Of a DNA stretch of 16,330 bases, positions 1 to 8,391 are shown piece by piece. Location: NCBI GenBank assembly GCA_046757165.1, contig JBHHXT010000104.1, positions 1 to 16,330 of the forward strand, read 5' to 3'. The position numbers and the translations under genes were made by a program. The stretch is from a bacterium (GTDB taxonomy: Bacteria > Zhuqueibacterota > Zhuqueibacteria > Oceanimicrobiales > Oceanimicrobiaceae). Below the pieces are notes generated by a model that ran no database searches, was not told where the DNA came from, and saw only the letters and a list, made by a program, of their open reading frames with translations. Each line of letters begins with the position of its first letter. Positions within the stretch are counted from its first letter, which is position 1.

Positions 1-52
1 AGTTTTGCCTATTTATGTTTCTTGACAAAACCCGGCGTTAACGGCAGACTGA

Positions 53-1051
53 CTAATAAACCCTCCCCGGTTTCGGTGACTTCATCGGCTTGCCCCAGGT
101 CACATCCAGGCCAAATTGAAAGAGATTCTCGACGGTTCCCACGCGGTAGGAGGTGTTGACGGAGACGGAGTAATTCTCAAAAGCCGCGCGCAGCAGACTC
201 AGCCCGAAGCTCCACCTGCGATTCAAATCCGAGGTGCCGAGGTTGTTCGAGAACCCTGCTCGCAATGCGATCACATCCCAGACAACTTTCTCAGCGCCCA
301 AATAGACGCGGTTGGCGGTGTCATTATGGAGATTTTTGCGCAGGTCAAAGGCGAAGATCAATCCATCCACGTTGTACGAGCCGCCAAATCGCAGAGTCGC
401 CGGCACGCTTTCCGTGTATTCGCCGCTGGCGGAGGAGTTCCACCTGAAGGAGTTGATGATATCCCGCACCATAACGCCGAGCGAGAGGTGTTCGTTGACC
501 AGGTAGATGTACCCGAGGTCGACGGCGTAACCCTTGCCGGAGCCCGTGACACGATTCTCCCCCCCATCAGAATTGTTGCCAAAGGAAGCCCACCGGCCTT
601 TAAGCGTAATCCCGAAAGACATCTGGTCGAAATAGATCTCATTTGCACCGAGGGGCAGATTGGGCGCGGTGAAAGCGAAGGAGACACCGACGGTGTTTTC
701 CATCAGGGCGTCATCCCCCACAAAGAGAAAACCCGCACCGATGGAATAGTAGTCGTTGAGGGGGTACATCAGACCGGCATAGCCCGACGGCACCAGTCCG
801 AAGAGCCTGGCATAATTGGCCGTAAACGACGGACGGGAGGCCAAAAGCAGCCCGGCCGGGTTGGTCAAGGTGGCGTTGGCATCATTGGAGAGCGCTGCAA
901 AGGCCTGCCCCATGCCCGAGGGGCGCACGCCGAATCCAGCTTCAGCAAACGCCCCGGGAATGTTGGAAAGATTCTGTGCCAGACATTCGCTCGAAAGCAG
1001 TATCCCCCCCAGCAGAACCAGCGAAACGACCGTGCACTTGATTGCTCTCAC
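53..1051 (-). CDS. PorV/PorQ-family (FadL-like) outer-membrane beta-barrel protein, 332 aa
   Basis: GTG start 10 nt after the upstream stop, with GAGGA just upstream. Sec signal peptide (MRAIK-hydrophobic-CLA/Q). Family N-terminal motif GFGVRPSGMGQAFAALSNDANATLTNPAGL. Alternating amphipathic beta-strands (GYAVDLGYIY, LSLGVMVRDI, VPATLRFGGSY, VYLGAE, IALRAGF). Confidence 0.8.
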   Translation of the reverse strand: MRAIKCTVVSLVLLGGILLSSECLAQNLSNIPGAFAEAGFGVRPSGMGQAFAALSNDANATLTNPAGLLLASRPSFTANYARLFGLVPSGYAGLMYPLNDYYSIGAGFLFVGDDALMENTVGVSFAFTAPNLPLGANEIYFDQMSFGITLKGRWASFGNNSDGGENRVTGSGKGYAVDLGYIYLVNEHLSLGVMVRDIINSFRWNSSASGEYTESVPATLRFGGSYNVDGLIFAFDLRKNLHNDTANRVYLGAEKVVWDVIALRAGFSNNLGTSDLNRRWSFGLSLLRAAFENYSVSVNTSYRVGTVENLFQFGLDVTWGKPMKSPKPGRVY

Positions 1052-1061
1052 AAATCCTCGA

Positions 1062-4000
1062 CTATTTGATTAAGACTACGGATTTCATCTTGTCCCGTTT
1101 GTCAGCCGGGTCCTCCAGCACCACGCGCACAAGGTAGCGGCCATTTCTGGCCAGTAGGCCATTGTCCGTCTTGCCGTCCCAGTGGACAATTGTCCTGCCA
1201 CGCTGGAACGGCGTTTGGTCATGGAGCAACCGCACCAGGTTTCCTTCCAGATTGTAAATCTTGACGGTCAGCAACGGGGTTGGCGCGACATTCGACGTGA
1301 TATCGAATGCGATCTTCAAGCCCATCATGCCATCGATTTGTTGGTGTGGCGAAAAGGGGTTCGGCAATAAAGTAAAGTTCTCTATCGTCAGCGGCTTTGA
1401 AATGGCCAGCGCAACATACTCACCGGTTTCGAAGATATTCGCCCGGATGAGACCCGCGTTATCGTCGCTTGCCAGAAGAAACCATTCATTCTTGACATCA
1501 TCCCATTTTGCAAGATGACGTTCCTGGCCTTCGGTATTTTCAGGCGGCGGCAGCATGAGCCTGACCGGCGGATCGAAGCTCAATCCACGTGGCTTCAGTG
1601 TATAAGAGTAGTCGGTGGTAAGATATTGGGCCCGCCCCTTCTTCGCCGGCGCCAGTGGCTGCCGGGTGACCTGAAGGTCCCTTTTGCCCGGGACGGAGTT
1701 CGGGAAGATTTGCACTTGCAAACCGCGATCGTCAAACAAGACCATGTCCGAGGTCGAATCAATTGGGGCAAAGACCTTGACCTGTAGCGCTCCTTTGACG
1801 CCAGAGACCGGATCTTTGGCCGTGATGGTCAAATCTCCGAAGTAAGTCGCAGCGAGCGTCACGCACCCGTCGGCGTCAATCGTGGCGGCCTGTTTCGAGA
1901 CGTTCAACCGCCACACCGGCTCACCAATGTCGACCAGCAGCCCGTCGCTATCGCGTGCCTCAGCCTCGTAACAGTGGGTTTCCAGATTCGAGATGGATGG
2001 TCTGAGCTCCAGGTCTGCTCTCTGTACGGTGATGGCGTTGACGGTTTGCCGCGCCAGGCCGAAGTCGATATTGGCAAGGGTGTCGATCTCGGCCACCTCC
2101 ACCTGCAATTGCTCCGGCTCGCTGCGATGATGGGATAGCACAGGTTGTATGTTGTAGAAATCAGGCACCAGTCTGATAATATACTCACCGTTGCGGTCGC
2201 TGACCGTTTCGGCCTGCCGCCCATCCGGACCGGGCGTCGCAATCACGGCCACATTTGAGAATCCCCGGCCGTTTTTCAGGTCGATGATTCTGCCCTTGAC
2301 AAAGCCATACTTGCGCGAGATCAGAATCACCACGCTGGTGTCGCCAGGCGCCCGGTCTTCCAGGGTTTGCGGAAAGTAGCCATCTCTGGACGTTTTCAAG
2401 GTGTACCTTCGAGCTGGCGCCAGCCTGGTAATTTCGAACCGCCCGCCGTCGTCAGTTACCGCCACGCTTCTGCTGCCGCCATCGGTGATGACAGCTTCGA
2501 CGCGCACCCCGCTGACGGGCTCGACCGTGTCCACGTCGCGCACAACGCCAGCGATGATGCCGTTCAGGTTTACCAGGTAGAACTCGAGTCCGGTGGAATT
2601 CACAGCCACATTTGTCAGCGGCGTAGGAGGGGAGAGAAAGCCATCCTTGAAGGCCAGGACCGTGAAACTCGCGTTCGGCACCACGGGCAGACCGGTGAGC
2701 GCGAAAGCTCCGGAGGCGTTGGTTCGGGTCCTGAAAACCTCATCGTTGCTTTCAGAAAAGAGCGCCTCGATGGTGACTCCTTCGATTCCGGTGCTGTCGT
2801 GCGAATCCCGCGCGATGCCGGTGAGAAGACCGTCCGAGGGAAACAAGGTCAGGTCCAGGGAGGCTTGCTGCTGTGCCTGCAACACCACGGTTTGGGTCAG
2901 GCCGTAGAAATTGTCCTTGAACGCGCGCACCTGCGCCAGTCCCGGGATCACTCTGGTGAGTACATATCTGCCTTCGTTATCCGTGGTATCCCTGAGCTGC
3001 TGAGCGGGCTGGTTCAAATGGACCACCGCTGAAGGTACCGGGAAATCGAGGGTGTCACGAACCGTACCCGAGACCGTGGCAAAGCTCTCACGCAAGATGA
3101 AATTGACCCCGGTGTGCAAATCCCCCTCATTCACCACCAGAGCAGTGTCCGCCGGGAAGTAGCCGAGTTTGCTGGCAACAACGCGAAAAATGCCTCTGTC
3201 CAGGCACAGCTCATAGAGGCCTCCTGAGTCCGAACGGGTTTTGAACACAGCAGTGTCACCGGTAGCGGTGATCTCTGCCTGTGCGACCGGTTCACCAAGA
3301 TTATCGATGACGGCGCCGGTTATCACGCTCTGCAGGGGCCGGAGCGTGATCGCCAGGTCCAGGGTGACGCCCGCCTCGAGCTCCACTCGTCTGGTGGTGC
3401 TCAAATGGCACTCTTTGCTTACTTGTATCTCATAGGTGCCGGGCGGAATCTCGAACTGGAAGCGGCCATCCTGGTCCGTCAAGACCTCCCGGTCGAGGGT
3501 TGCGATTCTTACAGTTGCCCCAGGCAACGGTTGCACGCCATCTGTTACCTGGCCGCGAATAATCCCGGACAGGGCAGTCAGAAGGAAGTCCCTGCCCGTC
3601 ACCACCTCACCTGAAAGCGTGGTGACATTGAGCGGACCATCGCTTCCAAAGCCGGGCAGAAAAACATCGAGCTGGAAAGGGATGTTGGGTTGCAGGCCCA
3701 AACTGTAGCTCCCGTCCCCGTCTGTGAAGGTGAAAAGCGTGGTGTCTTCAAGCACAAAAACACGCGCACCAGCCACCGGCGAAAGCGTCTCAGCGTTGAA
3801 CACTCTGCCTTTCACAAACCCTGCCTCGGTGAGAACAAAATCTTGCACCAGGGTCTGCCCGGCAGTCAGTGAAATCTCGTGTTTTATCGGCAAGAAGTTC
3901 TGGCGCGAAACCACGACCTCAAACTCCCCCTCAGGCAGTCCCAGGGAATAATTGCCCTGCACATTGGAGAGCGTTGTTTGCACGAGCTGGCCGGTGCTCT

Positions 4001-6116
4001 GCTCAAAAGCCTGAACTTCGACGCCTTCGAAGCCACGATTCTGAAAACTGATCGTCCCGTACAGCAAGCTGCCCGAAGAAAGCTGGAACGGCGCTGAACG
4101 TTGGTCATTGTTTGTCAGCTCAACGGTGTACTCCGGCGGCGTGGCGACAAAGCCTTGCGAATTCAAGGTGATGCGCCAGGTTCCCGGGCCGAGCCTGAAG
4201 CGAAAGCCGCCCTGGTTGTTGGTCGTGGTTTCATAAGTCACATCGTCTTTTTGTGCGCGTACAAATGCCCCTTGCAGCGGCTTGCTGTCTTCAGCAAATA
4301 CCACCTGTCCGTTCACGCCGTTCGTGGCCGGAGATAGGGGGATGGTCCCGATATTCAGTGCCTCTTCGTTTGCCAGCGAGAAAGAGACCCAGGGCGAGGT
4401 GACAAAGTCACGTTTGCGCGCCCGCAAATCATACCCTCCCGGTGCGACGGCGAATGAGAAATACCCGTTGTCGTCGCTGGCCACGCTTTCGTCTCCGCCG
4501 CTGGATCGGAGCTCGACCCCGGCGTTGAAAAGACCGTTCCCTGCCGGGTCGACCACACGTCCCGAAATCGATGTGGCTCCACGCTGAATTTCGACCGCTA
4601 TTTTCGCCGTGTCATGCGAGGGGACGGTGAACAGCGCCCTTTGTGTGGTTTGAAAGCCCGGGCGCGAGGCAGTAAAGCCATAATTCCCGGCCGGCAGGGC
4701 AACCTTTTTGACGCCAAACGTGTCAGTTAAGACCGGCAGCAAGGTGGAGGCATTGGCCTCGTTTGTGATCTTGATCGAAACACTCGGGAGCGGCCCCTCG
4801 GCTGAATGGACCGAAAACTTTGCCCACCCGGCAGCACCGTCATACCGAAACGGCCGCAGCTCGCCGGTTGAAATACGGTCGCCGTTTTCCGCCACGACCC
4901 GCCAGGCATAGTCGGTATTCACCAGAAAGTTCCGTGCCTTCAGGCGGATTTCTGTGTCACTGGTGACCTGACTCCACATGGTGAACCGGATGGTGCTGCT
5001 GGAGAACTCTGCCGTTTCGTACAGGAAGAGTCGGTATCGGGTCGCTTCGGCAACGGGCGACCATGAAAAGACCATTTCCTCATCCGCAACGATGATGTCA
5101 TTCGCCGGCTCTATCAAGACCGGCCCCGCGTCCAGAGTCGGTCGCTGGACCGTGAATTCCGCCGGCGCCACTGGCGCGATCCTGCTCGAAATAAAATCCG
5201 GATTCGGGCTGTAGCTGTTGAGGATAATCCAGTTGTATTTGATGTCCTCAAAGAGCGGCGGAACGTGCGCGTTCAAGAAATTGCCTCCGGGATCGAGGTC
5301 CCCGTACTTCAAGAAAGATTCCGCCGTGATCGCTTGCCAGGTCAGGTTGAGACCGGTCACACCGGTGATCTTACCCTCGTCATTTCTCTGAATTCTTATT
5401 TGACCCTCGGACAGAAAAATCAGATAGTACGGAACGCCTTCCACCACATCCCACTCAAAAACGGGCGTGCCTTGCTGCAATATGGTGGCCCCCGACGGCT
5501 TGATCATGCGGGCGCTGGAGCTGGCCTCGACAATGACCTTGAACTCTACCGAGCTTCGGTCCGGGTCGTCCTGTGATACCAGAATGCAGTAGTAAACACC
5601 CGTCCTCATCCCCTCCTTGAACGGATTCAGGAGCAGGGAGCCCGCGCCCGTGGCGGTGATCGTATGCGGGTAATTGTTTTCCAGATCCCGGTTGCCAGGT
5701 TTGGTGTCATAGCGCAGGAAGCAGGGGATGGGCGGCTCCCACTCCACGCGCCGCTCATCGCCTTCGTCGCCATCCAAAAACATGCCTCGGCGTACTTTCC
5801 TGAGCACGATGTCAGCGTCGAGATTGCTTTTGCTGCTCAGGAGTCCGGCATTGACCGGGGCCGGGCTGATGCTCAAATGGCGAAGTTGGTTTTGCAACGT
5901 CTGAGGCGAGACGGGCTCGACCCAAAAAAGAAGACCGGCCAGCAAAAACACCATCCGCAAACTTGCGGCAAACAACCCGGGTGGGATGCACAACCGGTTC
6001 TGTTTGCTGCGGGACAGCGTCTTTTCCTGGCAAACTCTTTTTGCGAAAGTCAGAATCATTCCACCTGTTTGGCTCGACTCATTTGAAGAATAGCGACTCG
6101 AGATCGCTGTACTCAA
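1062..6116 (-). CDS. Large secreted/surface protein: Ig/FN3-like domains, 11 carboxypeptidase regulatory-like repeats, Ig-like domain, ZU5-like domain, C-terminal FlgD-Ig/T9SS-CTD-like domain
   Basis: 1684-aa ORF whose TTG start overlaps the upstream stop (TTGA); alternative ATGs at 6059 and 5954. Hydrophobic signal segment around aa 42-70. Repeats of the form GxVxDxxGxPxxGAxV...TDxxGxY/F...PGxY...xxGY/F. Tail LPNPFSP...VKIYNLEGNLVRLL...WDGKTDNGLLARNGRYLVRV...VVLIK. Confidence 0.85.
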   Translation of the reverse strand: MSTAISSRYSSNESSQTGGMILTFAKRVCQEKTLSRSKQNRLCIPPGLFAASLRMVFLLAGLLFWVEPVSPQTLQNQLRHLSISPAPVNAGLLSSKSNLDADIVLRKVRRGMFLDGDEGDERRVEWEPPIPCFLRYDTKPGNRDLENNYPHTITATGAGSLLLNPFKEGMRTGVYYCILVSQDDPDRSSVEFKVIVEASSSARMIKPSGATILQQGTPVFEWDVVEGVPYYLIFLSEGQIRIQRNDEGKITGVTGLNLTWQAITAESFLKYGDLDPGGNFLNAHVPPLFEDIKYNWIILNSYSPNPDFISSRIAPVAPAEFTVQRPTLDAGPVLIEPANDIIVADEEMVFSWSPVAEATRYRLFLYETAEFSSSTIRFTMWSQVTSDTEIRLKARNFLVNTDYAWRVVAENGDRISTGELRPFRYDGAAGWAKFSVHSAEGPLPSVSIKITNEANASTLLPVLTDTFGVKKVALPAGNYGFTASRPGFQTTQRALFTVPSHDTAKIAVEIQRGATSISGRVVDPAGNGLFNAGVELRSSGGDESVASDDNGYFSFAVAPGGYDLRARKRDFVTSPWVSFSLANEEALNIGTIPLSPATNGVNGQVVFAEDSKPLQGAFVRAQKDDVTYETTTNNQGGFRFRLGPGTWRITLNSQGFVATPPEYTVELTNNDQRSAPFQLSSGSLLYGTISFQNRGFEGVEVQAFEQSTGQLVQTTLSNVQGNYSLGLPEGEFEVVVSRQNFLPIKHEISLTAGQTLVQDFVLTEAGFVKGRVFNAETLSPVAGARVFVLEDTTLFTFTDGDGSYSLGLQPNIPFQLDVFLPGFGSDGPLNVTTLSGEVVTGRDFLLTALSGIIRGQVTDGVQPLPGATVRIATLDREVLTDQDGRFQFEIPPGTYEIQVSKECHLSTTRRVELEAGVTLDLAITLRPLQSVITGAVIDNLGEPVAQAEITATGDTAVFKTRSDSGGLYELCLDRGIFRVVASKLGYFPADTALVVNEGDLHTGVNFILRESFATVSGTVRDTLDFPVPSAVVHLNQPAQQLRDTTDNEGRYVLTRVIPGLAQVRAFKDNFYGLTQTVVLQAQQQASLDLTLFPSDGLLTGIARDSHDSTGIEGVTIEALFSESNDEVFRTRTNASGAFALTGLPVVPNASFTVLAFKDGFLSPPTPLTNVAVNSTGLEFYLVNLNGIIAGVVRDVDTVEPVSGVRVEAVITDGGSRSVAVTDDGGRFEITRLAPARRYTLKTSRDGYFPQTLEDRAPGDTSVVILISRKYGFVKGRIIDLKNGRGFSNVAVIATPGPDGRQAETVSDRNGEYIIRLVPDFYNIQPVLSHHRSEPEQLQVEVAEIDTLANIDFGLARQTVNAITVQRADLELRPSISNLETHCYEAEARDSDGLLVDIGEPVWRLNVSKQAATIDADGCVTLAATYFGDLTITAKDPVSGVKGALQVKVFAPIDSTSDMVLFDDRGLQVQIFPNSVPGKRDLQVTRQPLAPAKKGRAQYLTTDYSYTLKPRGLSFDPPVRLMLPPPENTEGQERHLAKWDDVKNEWFLLASDDNAGLIRANIFETGEYVALAISKPLTIENFTLLPNPFSPHQQIDGMMGLKIAFDITSNVAPTPLLTVKIYNLEGNLVRLLHDQTPFQRGRTIVHWDGKTDNGLLARNGRYLVRVVLEDPADKRDKMKSVVLIK
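2049..4829 (-). repeat. Protein-level tandem array of 11 diverged ~80-90 aa beta-sandwich (CarboxypepD_reg-like) repeats
   Basis: Manual parsing of the translation gives 11 units starting GWAKF, SISGRV, GVNGQV, LLYGTI, FVKGRV, IIRGQV, VITGAV, TVSGTV, LLTGIA, IIAGVV, FVKGRI. No DNA-level repeat was noticed, which implies old duplications. Confidence 0.75.
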
Positions 6117-7750
6117 AGGCGATAGGTTGTCGAGAATCGGAAGAAGGACGAATTGTAAAGGCTCAAAACGTAATCGACCCGCAGATGCGAGCTGAACTTG
6201 ATGCCGCCGCCAAGCGAGAAGAAGGGAAGGAGGAAGTCGTCCGGTTTGGAGAGGGTGGGTTGTTTCTGGTTTTCAATGGTGGATTTGAACGTTTCGCCAA
6301 ACAGGAGACCCAATCCCAGGATAAGCTGCTCGACGCCGATGCCCAGCCGGAAGCTACTTGCCAGTTTCATGCCCTGATGAATCTCGCCTTCTTTGGTCTG
6401 CACCAGAAGACTATCGAACTGTTCATACCTGAAGCGGTAGCCCAGGTTGTCAAAATATTTTGAATAAACAAACGAGGCGACATAATTTCCCCAACCCGCT
6501 GAAAATCCCATGGTCAGCGAACCGGGCCCTTGCAGCTCGAATCCGGACGCCTGCGTAATTTTTTTTTCAGTCTTGGTCAGATTGTCCTCAACCAGAATGT
6601 CAACATCCAGCACCTCCTCATCCCCCTCCGCATTGAGATCGAGGGCGCGAATACTGTTGTGAATCATTGAAAATGGCCCCGAGAGCTTCATCCTGTACGG
6701 TGTCGTGAAGGTAGCATCGAGGCTGATATGACGGGTCGGATGATATCCAACCCCGAGCCTGATGCGTTGTGTTCTGCCCTCCCAGTCGCCATTGATGGTG
6801 GCAAACAAACTATCGTACTGAATGCGCGTGGGATCGTTAAAGGCGCGGGAATCTCCGCCCGCGCTGCGGATGATTCCTTCCGGAAGAAATGTGCCGGCAA
6901 AGTTTATTTCACCGTTCAGGTTGTCGTAAGCGATGCCGCCGGACAGGTTGGGAAGAAATCGTATGCCAAGTCCAATGCTCGAGTTTTCCACGTTCAAGTT
7001 GGCGTTCAAATTTCCGTTGACAGTGCCGAAAATGCGCTGGGATTCATTGCCGCCATCATCCAGCGCGACGGCCAGAAACTCGACCCCTGAAACATTGAAT
7101 TGTGCTTCCAGCCGAAAGGGCTGATAGAAAGAAGCAGCGAGGGCAAACGTGGAGGTGCCATACGAAACCACACCGCCTTTGAGCCCGCCACGCATGTCCA
7201 GCCTGCTGTTCACCACGGCATCTTGCACGGTTTCAGGCTTCAGGATGCCGCCCGGCGAGTTGTTCCTGGCGGCGTCCCGAAGGGATTCATTGATCTCGTC
7301 TTCGACATCGCCAATCCCAAACGGCCTGGCAAAAACTGTCGGATCGATAGTAACGGGAGGGGACCAGTCGAGGGTCAGGCGTAGACCTTTCGTAAACGCC
7401 AGCCCGGCCGGATTGGAGGAGATGGATTCGGGGTCCGGGAAAAGCGTGCTGATGCTTCCCCCCATAGCATCAGCACGAGAACCAAGGCCGGCTGAAAACG
7501 CCTCCCCGGACCACTTGAGATTCATTCCGATGACGCCACCGCGCAGTCTTTCGATTTGACTGGTGGGCACATCTGAGCCCTGCGCAAAGATTCCCGCCGG
7601 CAGAACAAAAATGGCCAGAAGAACCCATACAAATCTATCGAGAGAGGTAAGCCGTCGCGTGTCAATATCTGATGGCTGGAGAAAACGGAGGTTGCGCGTG
7701 CCTGTCCTTTCTATGACGCTTACCGGGGAATCATAACCTGTCCCTTGCAT
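6113..7750 (-). CDS. FadL/PorV-like outer-membrane beta-barrel protein with large insertions, 545 aa
   Basis: ATG at 7750. Signal-peptide h-region FVWVLLAIFVLPAGIFA/Q. Motif GLGSRADAMGG...ESISSNPAGLA. Amphipathic strands (RIRLGVGYHP, SLTMGFSAGW, SFRLGIGVE). C-terminal strand FRFSTTYRL resembling a beta-signal. Confidence 0.7.
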   Translation of the reverse strand: MQGTGYDSPVSVIERTGTRNLRFLQPSDIDTRRLTSLDRFVWVLLAIFVLPAGIFAQGSDVPTSQIERLRGGVIGMNLKWSGEAFSAGLGSRADAMGGSISTLFPDPESISSNPAGLAFTKGLRLTLDWSPPVTIDPTVFARPFGIGDVEDEINESLRDAARNNSPGGILKPETVQDAVVNSRLDMRGGLKGGVVSYGTSTFALAASFYQPFRLEAQFNVSGVEFLAVALDDGGNESQRIFGTVNGNLNANLNVENSSIGLGIRFLPNLSGGIAYDNLNGEINFAGTFLPEGIIRSAGGDSRAFNDPTRIQYDSLFATINGDWEGRTQRIRLGVGYHPTRHISLDATFTTPYRMKLSGPFSMIHNSIRALDLNAEGDEEVLDVDILVEDNLTKTEKKITQASGFELQGPGSLTMGFSAGWGNYVASFVYSKYFDNLGYRFRYEQFDSLLVQTKEGEIHQGMKLASSFRLGIGVEQLILGLGLLFGETFKSTIENQKQPTLSKPDDFLLPFFSLGGGIKFSSHLRVDYVLSLYNSSFFRFSTTYRL

Positions 7751-7859
7751 TCCCTCACTTTACGTAGTGTCGCAATAAGCTTGCCTTGTTCGCAATCTTT
7801 TTTGGGGAATCAACGCATCAGGTGCATCTGATGTTGCGTTTTGGTAAGATTCTGGATAA

Positions 7860-7888
7860 AATATAAACATTTGTGTCACGATTGTCAA
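7860..7888 (-). promoter_or_regulatory. sigma70-type promoter for the three-gene operon
   Basis: Minus strand TTGACA (7888-7883), 17-nt spacer, TATATT (7865-7860), in an AT-rich stretch about 110 nt upstream of the 7750 ATG. Confidence 0.7.
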
Positions 7889-7920
7889 GTTCCTTTTTGC
7901 GAATTCTCGTTGAATTCTTA

Positions 7921-8076
7921 CTATCCGTGGAATCTAGGAGAGCGGTTTGCAGACCCACCGGCCATAGCGAATATCGCACCCCGATAGTACTCGCTCCGGC
8001 AGGAGGCCGTCTCTTCGAGGGCCAGATACTCATCATGCCCACGATGGACCTTCTTCGGTTGAGCGGAGCTGGTCAT
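7921..8076 (-). pseudogene. Truncated Uma2-family (DUF820) endonuclease, N-terminal 51-aa remnant
   Basis: Not in the ORF track. Manual translation gives MTSSAQPKKVHRGHDEYLALEETASCRSEYYRGAIFAMAGGSANRSPRFHG*, matching the Uma2 N-terminal pattern EEYLxLE...xEYxxGxIxAMAGxSxxH. AAAGG lies upstream. The PD-(D/E)xK core is absent. Confidence 0.8.
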
Positions 8077-8201
8077 TTTCAGCCAACCTTTCGCGATAGC
8101 TTGCCGTTGGTTTGATGGTCATCAGTCGTGCAACCCCCATAAAATGACAATTATGCCAACCAAAATCAAGTATTTTTACCGGCACCGGCTTTGGGGAGCT
8201 A

Positions 8202-8221
8202 CACGCTAAAGCGTGAACACC
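8202..8221. repeat. Single REP-like short palindrome
   Basis: CACGC-TAAA-GCGTG followed by AACACC; the minus strand reads GGTGTT-CACGC-TTTA-GCGTG. Only one copy was found in the window. Confidence 0.3.
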
Positions 8222-8391
8222 CTGAATCTGGACACCTGAATCCGCCTCCGGCGAATTAAATACTTGCTTCTTACACCGGCGTTTAGTAGAATCAGTCAGC
8301 GTCAGATTTGACAGAACTTTTAAGAAATGAACTTTCTCATTGCTGCCTGCATACAACCTGCATCGACGCGCCAAACTTAAAACAGACAGAA

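Noticed and set aside
22..50. TTGACA at 22-27 on the plus strand as an antisense promoter
   Set aside because: The -10 position reads CAGACT, a poor match, and context is truncated by the window edge.
116..1069. 317-aa plus-strand ORF
   Set aside because: Antisense shadow of the PorV-like gene with no recognisable motifs; such ORFs are expected in GC-rich DNA.
1182..7559. Numerous 60-220 aa ORFs overlapping the minus-strand operon
   Set aside because: Antisense or off-frame to well-supported genes, with no motifs.
7818..8374. ORFs 7818-8042, 7873-8115 and 8033-8374
   Set aside because: They overlap the promoter and the Uma2 relic in other frames and have no protein-like motifs.
8308..8391. 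TTG at 8308 as the Omp85 start, or its Cys residues as a lipobox
   Set aside because: It adds 28 residues ahead of a normal signal peptide, and the cysteines precede the h-region so cannot form a lipobox.
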